From Sphagnum compactum (Eukaryota), in contig OZ234493.1 in NCBI GenBank assembly GCA_965153455.1, forward strand, positions 18,404,213 to 18,468,212: 64,000 nucleotides of DNA, written 5' to 3'. Made by a program: the position numbers and the translations under genes. This document shows, piece by piece, positions 40,201 to 53,849 of the stretch (its first letter is position 1; each line of letters begins with the position of its first letter). Below the pieces are notes generated by a model that saw nothing but the letters and a program-made list of their open reading frames with translations, was not told the origin of the DNA and ran no database searches.

Positions 40201-41635
40201 TAGGCTTCCAACTCCATCTACAATCTGCATATGGGCAAAAAACACTTGCCATTGAATCCCACTCACAAGTTTAGCAAAGAGGAAAACCAAAATGACATAC
40301 ATCTAGTTTAAATTCATGAGGCTAATGGCTAAATTTTTAGAAATTTTCAAATTTTGGTCACAAGGTGCCAAGAAGCTCTTAGAAGTTGGAAGTTGGAACT
40401 ATGTAAGCCACATTTGCAAATTCATATGTTCACTTGTGAATTGGAAACACAAAAAGGGCAATTGGAAAGTCAACTTACCCAAATGTATTTTATTTTCAAA
40501 TGTTCAAGCATGTGATAGTTCTTGAACCTTGACCATTTTGAAGATAATGGTGATAATGTTGGATGTTGCATTTAGCCTAGATCATATAGTTGTTTAAAAT
40601 CCACATACACATCATCAAGCTTTTCATTAAGTGTGTGTTTGACAATGTTCAAAACCAATAGCAGATGTGAATAATCACATAACTAACATCAAAATTAAAA
40701 CAGTTGTAAATCGATCATGTTTTACTTTTGATAGTGTTAGGGATTTTCATTCTTACCATGTTCAATATTATTTAATAGCTTAAGCTTATGATGTTCCTCA
40801 TGAAAATGAGTTCAGTTCAACATTATGGTAAAGAATGTAATCTCAATTTTGAAAACATTGTCTTAGTTGACAAATTAGAAATCACTATAATTGGCTTGTG
40901 AATCACACACTTCCCTCAAAACTCAATTTTCTTTTGAATGTCACACCTTTCAACTTCATCTAAGAAGATAATTTTGTGGTGTCTTAGTGGTAATGTGACT
41001 TTCTTCTACACAAATTGTTGCACCTCACATTTATACTTCTACATGACAAATTGTCAACCTCCCCCATCTACCCACCTCAATTTTAGTATCCTTGACATAC
41101 ACATTTAACATCAACATCTACATTAACGTCGAAATATCTCAAGGGAAAAGTTTAATTGATATGCAGAAATTGAACAATCTAAAAACATATCATTGAAAGT
41201 ATTAAATGTAAACATTTTAATTGGAATTTAGGGCCTAACAGCTCATGTGTTAAAGCTAGTATGCTCCAAGGTTATTAATGTCAACCTTGTCATGTCACAT
41301 TAGTCACATCTGTTTAAATGCCAATGCAACCATATGTCACGTCGGTTTAAAGTCAACTTAAGGTCAAGCTAGATTGAGTATAATAATTTTTTTATCAAGG
41401 GTAAAATAGTTACCCTTGTGGACATAACACATGCATTCTTAGTTGAAGAATTATAAATAAAAAAAATGGTGAAACCATTAAATGTCACAACAAAAAAACT
41501 TTATTGAATTTTTTATAAATAGAGAAATCTTAGCCATCCATTTATTCAATTACATTGATTTCAACGGTTTGTTACATCATGTAATTAATCTTGATGGTCT
41601 AGATCACAATTGAAATTCAATCACAATATACTTAA

Positions 41636-42440
41636 CCTTGTCCATCGATGGACCGAATTTGTCCACCTTTGTCCAAAAGCCAATCGCTTACCCAAGAATG
41701 CAACCGAAATTGTCCACCCATGTCCAGGTAGCAATCAGCCTTGTCTAAGGTTTGTAACTAAATTTTGGTCGGCCTGGTGAACAATCACCCTTATCCAAAA
41801 GTGTGATCGAAATTGTCCACCCTTGTTTAGGTAACAATTAGCTTTGTCTAAGGTTTGCAACCAAATTTTGATTAGCTCGATGAGTGATCACCTTTGTCCA
41901 AAAATGCGACTGAAATTTTTGACCCCTGTCCAGGTAATGATAGGTCTTATCCAAGGATTGCAATTGAATTTTGGTCGAACTAGTGAATGATCACCCTTGT
42001 CCAAAAGTCTGACCAAAATTCTCCACCTTTATCCAAGTAGAGATTACCTTTGTCCAAGGAGTGTAACCAAATTTCAGTCAACTTGGCAAGCAATTGCCTT
42101 TGTCCAAGAATGCGACTGAAATTTTCCACCCTTGTTTAGGTAGCAATTGCCCTTATCCAAGGAATGTGATCAAATTTTGATCCACCTGGTGAGCGATCGC
42201 CCCTATCCAAGAGTGCAACTAAATTTTCCACCCTTGTCCAAGTAGCGATTGGCCTTATCCAAGGAGTGCGATCAAATTTTAGTCGTCTTGGCAAATGATC
42301 ACCCCTATCCAAACATGCGACCAAAATTCCCACCCTTGTCTAGGTAACAATCGGCCTTATCTAAGGAATGTGACCGAATTTTGGTCAGCCCAACAAGCAA
42401 TCACCGTTGTCCAAAAGGTGCCGACCAAATTTTGGTCATT
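41636..42440. repeat. Tandem array with unit of about 102 bp, 7-8 copies
   Basis: AAATTxTCCACCC recurs near 41707, 41810, 41912, 42016, 42118, 42221 and 42323; sub-repeats CCTTRTCCAA and TGCGACC. Confidence 0.9.
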
Positions 42441-42699
42441 TTGTGGACAGGATACAAACAAAATTCAATTGCATTAAAATGATGGGAAAGTGCATTTGCA
42501 ATCAATTTAAATTCAAGTTCCTTGACAGAATCAAACCTGAGCATAAATTGGCCACAGCTATCTTATTGTATCATTTCTTCCACCTCTTTCTGTTTACCAC
42601 AGTGGGTTCCTAGTCTTTGGTTGCTTTTTACAATCAATGTGAAGAACTTTGGTGTAGCATGGGAGGTGGGAAAGGAAGGTGAATATGTTACATACTAGG

Positions 42700-44330
42700 G
42701 TGTTCCTTTGCCTAATTACCTCAACCATGCAAGACTATGATTACTTCCAGCAATTGTTGCTTGGGAGATGGGGGTTGTGGGTGAAAGGAGTCAAGGTGTG
42801 TGGGTAACATGTCGGATTCAAGGTCTAAGTGTCCTACCCAAGATTTTTTTCGAGACCATACATCCAAGCACTTTTGAGAAGAATCTTCAAGGGAGAAAAA
42901 GTCTAGAACTAGGTCAAATTTTGAAAGATCTTTTCATAAAAAGTAGAAGGTCGCAAGGGAAAATTGGACTAATCTAAAGGCGACTATGGCAATGCAGAAA
43001 GTTGTGATGGACTTCTTCTTAGAAAAGGATATAGCTACCTTGATGGTGTTGTATGCTAATTTTTAATTGGAAAGAATTGATCGATACAAGATGACCATGC
43101 AAAATGTTTTTTGGGAAGCTTTGAAAGCCTTCAAGTTTGAAGAGGATTGTAATTGCAAGGACTATGCGAGATGGGAGGATTTGAAGCTGAGGGATGCTAC
43201 TTTCAACTTGGTCCAAAGGGTGTCAATAATTTACCCATTGAAGGAGATTCTTCTTTCGAAATTCCTTTGTTGCATGAGAAGGTGAAATGGTGGATGGGTT
43301 GGTCCAAATGTTTTGCCAAAAGCAAAGCACGATCACTTTCATAAGTAGAGAAGGGGCAAAACGCAAACTTGAGCCATCACAAGGATGAGGGGTCATTCGG
43401 GTGCCATCATTTGCCACCATTGTGCCTACTTTGAATGGTCCAAGTTGGCAAGGTGGACATGGCAAAAATTTGAAAAGTGTAGATTGAAAACTTTGATCAG
43501 GTGCCTTTGTATGTTGAGTTTGTTGGCAAAAAGTTAAAAATTAAGGATAATTACAAAGACCGATGTTGACTTTTTGTGGAGGCATTGGCTTGTTCCATTA
43601 ATCATTCGAGTGTCATAAAGTTTTATGCCATCCATGTAGATTCCATGGAGGCATAACAATTGTGATGGAACAGAGGCATGTTTCAAGAAATGTTGAGGTA
43701 CCATGATAGCCAAAATCAATCCCTTGACAATCAAGAGCTTTTGTGAGGGGGAGGGCCAAATTTTGAGTCCCACCAATGTTTTGTGACATTTAGATGAGCA
43801 CAAATGAAATTGGCCTGGGCATTTTTGTGCATCATGAATGCAATCCAATAGTCTAGGACATTACATAATGATTTATCACAAGACAACATCATGTTGCATT
43901 TTTCATCAGACAACCTTTCGGCTATATACATTGGTGTGTGTGATTAAGAGGTAGCTGGGAGGTTAGGGGAGGATAACCCATCCCCATATGGAAACCACAA
44001 TTCAACAATAACTTCAATGGTGGGTGGCGCCGGAGCTCTTTTATACTTACGGAGAATGAGGTTCTATCAAATCTCCTAGACAAATGGGATTAACACGCCC
44101 TCAAATTCTAAAATTGGAAACATATTCGATGGGTAAGCTTGCAAAGTTCATATGGCAATAAGATTTTGAAATGAATATTTTATGGATTCATCAACCATGT
44201 CATGTTGTAGGGTTCAACTTAGAAAGATGTTGGACCCAAATCCCAACATGTGAAAAAATCTACAATCGGCTATGAATGTTATGATGGGACCTCTTGACAA
44301 TTGGACTCCACCAGAAGAATGATCGACATA
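42700..44330 (+). pseudogene. Decayed intronless protein kinase (eukaryotic-type fold) with N-terminal extension
   Basis: Motifs in order: QGGHGK (Gly loop, about 43450), EFVGKK (beta3 Lys), FVEALACSINHSSVIKF (alphaC Glu), LHNDLSQDNIML (catalytic loop, 43861-43896), IGVCD*E (DWG-like), WWVAPELF (44018-44041), TYSMGKL; many stops and frameshifts. Confidence 0.85.
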
Positions 44331-44879
44331 GTGTTTAGGGTTTATAGTGGTTAAGGTTTAATGACATTTTTCAATAATTGTAGCATAGGAAAGAGTGGAT
44401 ACAACTTTATTATAGATAATGAAATTTGTATGCACTTTATTATAGATTGGGAATGAAGTGCATACAAAATTTCACCTTTACTTAAGTTTGGAATGCACAT
44501 TATTCTTTTCAATTTTATTAGTTTCGGTTTTTTATCTTATTTTTGTATCATTTATGTAACATTCCTTGTTACGTCTTATTTATATAATATTCATTATTGT
44601 GTTTAGGTTTATAGTTTTCTTTCTTGATCTCATTTCTGTATTTCGAATTTAGTGTTGTTGTTGGGTCCATGTGTGGATAGGGGACCCAAGTCACCTAGCT
44701 TGATTTTTCAATGGAAATGTTTTTCACATCCAAGCCAATTGAAAAAAAATGAAATGAATTACATTTTCAATGGCCAAAGGTTGGAAAAGAATGCTAAGAA
44801 TTGCCAAAGGACAAAGCCAAGGTTGCCATCTCCACAAATTATAATGTCTAGTGATTGGATTTTGGTCCAAACTAAATGG

Positions 44880-45510
44880 CAACCGAATTTCGGTCACCAA
44901 ACATTGCACCTTGTCTAGAAGGAAACATGGACCCAATCCAGCTTGCAACATATTTCGGTCACCATGTGGATAGGGGTTTGCAACTGAAAATCAATTGCAA
45001 CTTGGACTAGGAGCGATTAAAAATAAGTCACAATTTGGGCCAAGAGCGATTAAAGTTCTCTAGTTTCCCTGTCCAGCTTGTGACCAAAAATGGAAAACTT
45101 CTGTCGTAATCTAGATAGGTTAGTCATTTGTCCAGCTTACGACCACATATGCAAAACTTCAATCCTAAGCTGGATAGGTCAATTGTCCAAGATGTGACTG
45201 AAGTTTCCATTTTTGGTCGCAGCTTGGACCAATCCCTTAATAAAGTTACAATTAAAAGTGGAGAACTTCGGTCACATCTTCAACAAGTCACCCCCTTGTC
45301 CAGATTGCGATTGAATATGGAGAAGTTCGATTGTAAGCTGGATAAGTCAATTGCTTCCAGCTTGGGACCCAACTTGTCTATGTTCGATCACATGATACAT
45401 GGTGGCACTATGTAGCTTGTGACCGAAAGTGGACAGGCTTTATCGCAATCTGTCCATTTTGCCAATCGAACTTATCCATTTTCGATCATATTTAGTTATA
45501 AGACCGAAAC
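44880..45510. repeat. Degenerate array of TCCAGCTTGYGACC / GGTCRCARCTGGA units in both orientations, related to the 41.6-42.4 kb array
   Basis: Recurring tccagcttg, gaccgaa, ggtcgca and ctggata motifs. Confidence 0.7.
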
Positions 45511-46755
45511 TTAATTGTGTCTTTGTTTTTACCAACAGGGTGGTTGGAATTCAACAAGTGTGTTGATTATCCTCAAGGAAAGAAGAGGAGGGAGGAGAAT
45601 GTGGGACCTTTATAAAAGGTGTCATTCCCACCCTTTGACGTCACTTTCTTTTTCAACATGTGAGGATTATGGTGGTGTGAGCAACTGTTCCCTTACACTT
45701 GGAAGAAAGTGGTGGATTCTTTGAGGCTGGTGAAGTTCAGATCCTTCAATTGTTTAACAATTGTCGCCGAATTTCATCAGTTCGGCCTCTTTGATATTCA
45801 CCATACCCATTCCCAATTAACATTTAATTTACATTACAAGTATTTGAAATCAACTACAAGTCATAAACCTTAAGCCTTTAAAACTAATAATAAAAACTAT
45901 TGTAAATAAAAAAATATAGTAGATAGACTTTTAGGGATGGGATGGTGGACTTGGGGGATGAAGGAATTGATCCAATGGTTGGGCTAGGGCCTTTTCCAAA
46001 AAAGCAAGCGAAAGGCGAAAGGCACAACCCAAATAGGGAAGTATTGGAAGATCCTAATCAGTTGGCACACAATGGATGTACCTAGCCCTTGGACGCATTA
46101 TGTGGCAAGCCAATATGTCGATTGGTGTCACATTGACAAATTTTGGCTAGTGCAGAGGCATGACACTCATGTCAAAAACAATGTAGCCCATTTTAGTAAC
46201 TATAAAGACCATCGTATGAAATCGCGATTGGTGGGTGTCAATTTGGCTATTTGGGGGACATGACCATATTCAAGATCCGGGCTACATGTTAAGAACAAAC
46301 ATTAGGAATTGCAGGTTAAGTCATGATCAAATTTTTAACCTAGTCAAAATCAAACCTATGTCCAACAAGTCCTTTGTTATTGGAGGGATTTTCAAAGTGG
46401 TGCACTTTGTTACACCCTAGACCCTTTCTTCCATGTTCTCTTGTGCAATAGTTTGTTTGAACTTTGTGCCAGCCTGCCTATCTCCTTATTGAACTAAGCA
46501 ACACCTATGTTCCTTGACTTCTTCTTCTAAAACTCTACATGATCTAGATCTTCCATCTCCTGGAGCATGAATGTGGGCCCTTTTTGCATTACATGTTTAT
46601 TTCTTGTTTTGGATTCTTTGTAGTTATATTATGTAGATCATTAGAAGTTTAGTGAAACTGGAAAAGGTTTTGCAATTGTGTTTGAACTTCTTTCATTTGT
46701 TTTATAGATCTGTTATATAGCTCACTAGGAGGGTTATTGTTGGAGGTCAAAGGCC

Positions 46756-48250
46756 ATGGCTCTTAATGTAGCTTGGGATGTTGAGAACAAAGGTTTAATA
46801 ACAGGGGGGTAGGTGTATTGAGTTTGACAGAGAAAGAGGTGCCAACTTCCCAGATTGAAGAAGTGTTTGGGCCCAAATTTTCAAAAAATGGCTATAGTTA
46901 TGATAGGAGATTTTCTACTGAAATAACAAAAAAGATTCTTGAGTTGTACACAAGGGTCATAGGGAAGTGCAAGGTGAAAAATGGACAAATTAATAAGAGT
47001 TTTGCTCAAGGTGTGATCTACTAGTTCAATTATGATGTTGAATTAGATTAAGCAAAGTATGTAGTTCATCGTAACAAATATGTTTCAGAGTTGAAGGAAA
47101 TGAAGGCAGCCAACATGGTTCGATGAGTGGAAACTAGCAACGTATGCAAAGTGAAATGAGGCCATGATTGCCTAGTGGCAAGTGGGTGAAAAATGAGCAT
47201 GGAGTTGTTGTTCATGCTCAAATGCAAAAGAGCAATGGTGTTCAAAATTTGAACAAGTTGGAGAAACCAACAACTATTAGGGTTGAAAACTAGCCTTAAA
47301 TGGCATGAAGAAGAGATTCAAGGTTGTGAAGATTTGTTGCAAGGTGAACGGTTGGTGTTGGAAGGTGCAAAAAGGACAATTTCTATTGTTGTAGCACAAA
47401 ATGAAGTGACGATTGCTATTGAAAGGAGGTGTAATATTACCCTTGAAGACTTTCAAAATGTGAATGTAATAGGTTTACAGCAATTGGATGTTATCGAAAA
47501 TGCTTTAAAGGTTGCTTGGCAATCTATGGTTGTTTTTTTAGTGTAGCAAAACCCTAAAGATTCTGAGGACTTATGTGAGAGGTTTGATAAATCTCAGGTT
47601 GATTCTAAACTTAATGCAACAAGCCATGAATCAAAAGTAATTCTTTCAGGTGTTTTTCAAAGTACATTGAAAGCATTTGAAACAAACAAAGACTAGATTT
47701 TCATCACCCAAAAGTTTAAAATGTTAAAATTGAAAGAAGAAGAGGTGGTTTGAGCAGATCTAGTGGCCTAAATAATAAACATTGTTGTTGTGTTTGAGAA
47801 CAATAAATCTAGGATAGGTCAACTTGAGTTAGAGGTGGTAGTGCTTGAGGAAATGTTGAAGAAAATGCAAGTAGGTGGTGGGGTTATGCTTTACCCACAG
47901 ACCATGTTTAATGATTCTGATTTTATATTAGATCTCGATGTTTTGCAATGACCAGGTAAACCCATCGTTGTTGTCAATCAATGCCCAATTTGTGCACAAT
48001 GGTTTTTTAGTAATGATATTATTGTAGCTAGTTGTGGCTAGACATATCATGTGTGTTGTATTGCATACTATGTGGGTTGTCATTGATATTGCAAGGTTGT
48101 TGATTGCAAGGAAGAATTTCAACCTACTTGGTTGCAATTTGTCGGTGTTTAGCCCTTGAGTGAGGATGCCTTGACAAACTTGAGAGCCTAATCACCAATG
48201 TGCTTGTCATGGCTATAAAGATTGAAAGAAAAGGTGTATCTTTTAGGTGA
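46756..48250 (+). pseudogene. Decayed coiled-coil protein with C-terminal RING-H2-like finger
   Basis: ATG 46756; N-terminal IEEVFGPKFSKNGYSY..LELYTRVIGK; Glu/Lys/Leu-rich middle; CPIC-x13-CG*TYHVCC-x10-CKVVDC at 47982-48107 (first His position is now TAG); donor AG|GTGAG near 48247. Confidence 0.75.
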
Positions 48251-49159
48251 GTTTTTGTTTGAAGTTAAACTTTAAATTTCCTTACTTTAAATATGTGTTT
48301 AACAATGTCCACAGTAAGTTAGCAACAATTACCTCATCAACCTTGAATAGTTTGAAATCATACGCTATTGAACATGTTGATTGTTTCATGGCTAAATGAA
48401 GGATTGTGGCTTAAGACTTTTGGTTCTATAAAGATTGTAGTTTTAAAATAAATCTAGAGTTGACTAAGATTAAAAGCCACATGTTGACTCATGGCAGTTG
48501 TGCCATGGTCTTTTTTATACATAACCAATCCTTTCTAATTTTGAGTAAAACTCTCTTTTACAAATTCCTATTGGATGTTATGACACACAACACATCTCAT
48601 TCATTGAAACTTAAAACAATATACAATAACAATATGGTCATTTACTTAAAAAAATGCCCACATACTTGTTGTTCTATTCCAAGTGAGACAAAAAATTTGG
48701 TTGTGCTCCAATTCCACAAACAGCTTTTCAGTACATGTTTGTTCTTCAGCTTGTAGAAGCTCTTCCTCATCTTCACCAAGGTTTCTATCAACAAGCTCAC
48801 TATAACCTACTTTAGATTGGATCACACCATCACTACTCCCAACCCACTCCCAACCCTAATTTCACCATTGTAAACATTTGTATAATCAGCAACATGTAAA
48901 GAAGAACCTCGTGAAGCTTTTACAACCCCAGTCAAAAACAAATCATGTTCTAAGTTCATTGTCAATTGACCTTGAAAGCTAAACCAAGTACACTATATTA
49001 TGAAATCAAAATAAAGAAGGAACATATAAATCACTAGTAGCATTATTTACCATATTTGTAATGCGAACCTTGAATGATCACTAGCAATGTTTATGATTGT
49101 TCAAGAAACATCACAAAATAGGTGCCAAAAAAATCACCAAAATTGTAATGCTCACAAAA

Positions 49160-49620
49160 CATTGCTCATGTAAATTTAACAATGAAAGAACACACATATC
49201 AGTAGCACCAAACTTTCCACCCTTGAAGCAAATTTACCAGTGCTCATGAATGAAGCAAATGTTAAATAGAACACTAAATTTGGAGTGTTCATGAAACACC
49301 TTAGTGTTCATGAAACACCTTATAGATCCAGTGTTCACAAAACAATGCACATATCACCAACATCAAACCTTAAACCCTTGTGAAATGAAACAATGTTCAT
49401 GAAACACCCTATAGATTTAGTGCTCACAAAGCAACAAATCCAATGTTCACAAAACACACAAATCACTTGATCACCAATATTGCGTAATGTTCACAAAGCA
49501 CTAAAGATCTAGTGTTCACAAAACACAACACACCACTACTATAACACTCATGAAGCACCAAGAAAAACACTAGGAGCAATAAACAATGTTCATGAAAATT
49601 TACTGAACAAAGCATCAAAT
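49160..49620. repeat. Degenerate array of GTGYTCAYRAARCAC units, probably TE subterminal repeats
   Basis: tgttcatgaaacac and tgctcacaaagca variants recur more than 10 times. Confidence 0.7.
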
Positions 49621-50909
49621 AGATCACACAATTGATGAAAGAAAAAGAGAAAAAGGAAATAATAGAGTCACACAACCTAGGAACTTATGAAGTAAGAAGA
49701 ACAAACTTGAACAAACTTGCACAGAAAGCTCACTTGTTTACATCAATGCAAGTTGATTGCCAATGATAAAGAAAAGTTGCAAACTTTGGCACTCCTTTTT
49801 GGTGCTCCTTTCTAACACTCATTTCCATTGTGCGTTGAAATCATGAACATCTTACATAATGATGAGAGCTAGTGCTTTCTCAAGCGGAGGCCGCAACTCA
49901 ATAGCAAACTAGACACTAGCCAAGCTAACATTTCTAACCTAACCCTATAATTCCTAACCCTAAATCCTTATGCCCTGCACAAGTTCACTATAAAAGAAGC
50001 CTGGTTGCTAGGGCATTTCATGAGTTTTTCAAACACATGCCCACTTATGTAAGGGCATTGCATGTGTATAGGAGAAGCAATGCCCACCCAAGGTGTAACT
50101 ACTTTTTTTTTGTTGCTGGTCTGGGCATATGATACCTGTGTTCATGCCCTGGCTGATACCTGGCCAGGACCTACATACCCAGCCAACACTGGTTAATACC
50201 TATTATGACTGGGACCTTTAGATGCAAGAAGATCATTACGAGAGAGAAATGATTTGTTGACCTTTTTATGTACCGAATAATCATCCAGTAAGTTCTCTTA
50301 TTTTCAAAAAAAAAGAAGCTTTGTAATTAGAGCTCAGGCAGATTATACATGAGCCACTGTTAATGCATGGACATTGTAAGAGTCATAGACTTGATAATAC
50401 CCCCATTCATTCACGCCACTTGGAGGTGGGAACGGTAGATTAAGGGATGGTTAAAATTATCTCAGATGCAGGAAGTCATACAACATATGCAAGCTGTCAC
50501 ATATATAAAAAATTCAATTCAATTATGTATTTTGACAACAACATACATGCCACATGGTGCTCAAATTGACAAGCTTGCATTTTGGCATTTCAAGGCTATC
50601 TCCACTAATGGCCCTACCACTCTAAGGCAGCTGTAATAAATGACGTGGAGGACTTTGCTTGTGAAACTTCATTGGTCTGTTGACGTTTGCACTATTCTTA
50701 ATGCCCATAGAACTGGCAGTCACATAAGGAAGAAAGGTTATAAAGTGGAGGGTTCACATTAAAAAAGGTATTATCAACATCAAATAAGAGATTTTTTAGA
50801 ATGTCTCATCACAAAAGTCTAGGAAGCTCCAGCAAAGGTGAAATGAGGACAGAAAAATGAAAGACTAGACTTGTGGATTTCCAGAGAGTGTTGCATCAAA
50901 ATCCACACC

Positions 50910-51192
50910 ATAGCCATGGCAGTTGCTGTTCCTGCACTAATAGCCAAGGCACCCGTCTGGAACACCCACACATGGGACCTTTTTTCTTCCCTGATTCCCC
51001 TCCCCACCCCCCCCCCCCCCCGGGGCAAACACCATCCATGGTGGTGAAAACCACTGCCGTTTAGGGCCCTTGGTTTCACTGCTCTCACTTCACCTCCTAT
51101 GTGGTGGAAATTAAAATTAAAAAAAAAGCCCCATGGGTATTATAGGAGGGTGTCCTGGCTATTGGGAGAGGGACAGCAGCTGCCATGGCTAT
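50910..51192. mobile_element. MITE-like element of about 283 bp with 45-bp imperfect TIRs
   Basis: ATAGCCATGGCAGTTGCTGTTCCTGCACTAATAGCCAAGGCACCC matches the reverse complement of GGGTGTCCTGGCTATTGGGAGAGGGACAGCAGCTGCCATGGCTAT; no convincing TSD. Confidence 0.7.
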
Positions 51193-52039
51193 TGTTCTCC
51201 TGCAACTTGCAAGGGGAGTGAACCTGGCCACATTAGAAAGACTAAAAGAAATCAAATGACTGTTCATTCATTCAACCGTTCCAGCCAGAATGGTCAGTTT
51301 CTATGCAGCCCAGAGGACATGATTGGCCGAATTGATGGCCTGATCGTTTATCTCTTTTGCAGCATCGACTAATTGTCCGTATGTATTATTGCAGATATTT
51401 CGTGTAAAGACAGTCTCAACTAAGAGTACAAATTCTGTATACAGTGAATCGCTCCATCTAAGTTGGTGCGCGTGCAACTTGTTTACTGCATTTAAGGTCA
51501 CATCGCCTTTGTTGCCCTGTATGTGGATGTTCACCTCACCAATGGATTGTTTACAATTTTAATCTGAATAGATGCTTCCAAGTTCCTGCTCATGGCTGGA
51601 ACTTTTGACGTGGGAAAGACAAGAAAATTCATAGTTGAAATATGTGAGCGCAAATCAGCATGGGATAGGCTTGTTAAAGTTTCTTTTGTAGGTCACCATG
51701 TGTGTCGTAATGAGATGTTCTATATTACCGTTTGACACAATATGAGGCCTGGCTCTGTCATCTCCCTCTTCACAATGTTAATCTCTTGGTGCTCTGCTTT
51801 CGCTCCAACCTAAAAATGGATGGTATAAATGTATAATTTTTGAATTTCATTTTCATCCAAATCAACACTAGTTGCAAGTATAAGTTACGTGTGCAACTGC
51901 AAATCAATTTGTATTCGTTTATGCAACTACAAGTTGTTTTTCCTAAGTGCCACGAAAGATAGTCACATTTAAAGACACAAAAATGGTTGATTTAGATAGA
52001 AGTTGCAAATGCATGGGTTGGAATGCATAGGATTCCTTG

Positions 52040-52620
52040 TAATGATTTTCCAATTATTTTAGGTTATTCCACCTTAGGTTATTTCAATTATTTAAAATTA
52101 TTTCGTCTTATTTTCTTTTCAACTATTATTTTAAATTGTTATACCCTAAGTTATTTTCAATATTTTAAAATTATTCCACCTTGAATTATTATAGGTTGTT
52201 TTACCTTTTTTTATTCTCAACTAATTTAAGTCATTCCACCTTAAGCTATTTTAAACTATTATACCTGAAGTTATTTTCTTGAAACCATTTTAAGTTATTC
52301 CACCTTAAATTATTTAGGCTATTTTACCCAATATTATTCTGAGTTATTTTACCCTAAACCATTTTCAATTATTATAGGCTATTCCATTTTAAGTTATTTT
52401 AAACTATTGTATCATAAGATATTCTTGACTATTTTAAGTTATTCCACCCTAAATTATTTTTAATTATTCTACTTTAGGTTTATTTTTGTTATTCTACCTT
52501 AGGATTCTTTTTATTATTCTATTTTAAGATATTCTAAGTTATTTCACCTTAAATTAGTTTATTTTAAGATATTTTCAATATTTTATGTTAATCCATTTTA
52601 GTATATTCTAGGCTATTCCA
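52040..52620. repeat. AT-rich tandem array (TTATTCCACCTTAAGTTATTTT variants)
   Basis: Directly visible short degenerate units. Confidence 0.85.
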
Positions 52621-53849
52621 ATATAGTCATGTTCACTTTGTAACAACTTGCAAAAGGATTCAAATTCATTGCCTTTGAAGGTAGATGTGGTGTCACAATA
52701 CAAAATGTACAAATAAAATGGCAAACCTTGATTGCAACTACATGAAATCAAAAATGAAGATAAGGTGAAAGCACATTAAAGAAGGCCGAGATTTTTATTA
52801 GATTGTACTATTTTTCAAAGGTACCATGTTTGACTTCAACCTTGTCATTATTATGAAAGATTTTTACAACATTTTTGCATATTGTGTTTGGTCAAAACTC
52901 AAAGAAAACAAATGCCAAAAAACCTACACTTTTTAATTCATATAATGTGATGTTAAAATATATTTGGGCAGAAAAATGTACATCACAACATATTAACAAA
53001 TGCAAATATATTCAAGAAATGATTAAAATGGTTTTTCATCTTTATGAAATTTGTAGTATCTAGCATTTATTAAATTAATTCTAGACTTAAATGTTTATTT
53101 TGGACTTAACTCAACTTGTTGGGTGGCTACAAACCCTTGTGATAATCTAAAGTTTATGACTTTTAAACAATTTAACTACATTTTCCACCCTTCCTTTTAA
53201 GGTTATTTATTCCCGAAATGGATGTTGATCAACAACATTTGAACAAAATTATCATTGTTCTACACAACTCCCAGACATAATAACATAGATGATTTACATT
53301 CAATAAAATGAAACATACAAATAATAAGCAAAATACACTTATACAAGGTGGCCAACAAGTTTTCATTTTCAAAATTTCAAGCAATGATCATTGTTAATAT
53401 ATATTTGTCAATAGAAGAATACTTATTAATATGTTTTCAAATTTAAAAATCCAAGGTGTTGAATGTTGCTCAAATTTATATAGTATTTAAAAAATTTAAT
53501 TCAAAGACTTTGACACTCTAGTTATTTTTTTAAATTGATAATTGAATTCAATGTTGTGGTAAATTCATAATAGACTTACTATGTAATGGCCACAAAAATC
53601 TACTAATATCACTAACAACATTCATCAAGATGATTTGAAATTGAAAATTTAATCATTAAACTTATTCCATAAGACTAAAAATAATGAAATCATAAATCAT
53701 TTCAATTGTCAAGATTATCAAACTAAATAATTATATGTGGTTAACTACATTGCAACATCAATGTTTGCTCTAGCTTGAATAACATGCACATCACTAATTG
53801 TTATGGTGTTGTTCATGGTTGTATTTTCCCTACCAAGAAATGAAAATGC

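Noticed and set aside
41636-42440. Regular array resembling a CRISPR
   Set aside because: Whole units of about 102 bp are repeated with no unique spacers, there are no cas genes, and the context is eukaryotic.
39821-49977. Possible hAT element (TAGGGC...GCCCTG) enclosing the kinase/RING unit
   Set aside because: Only about 5 terminal bases pair, there is no 8-bp TSD, and the presumed transposase pieces at 39850-41100 and 48450-49000 are too decayed to call.
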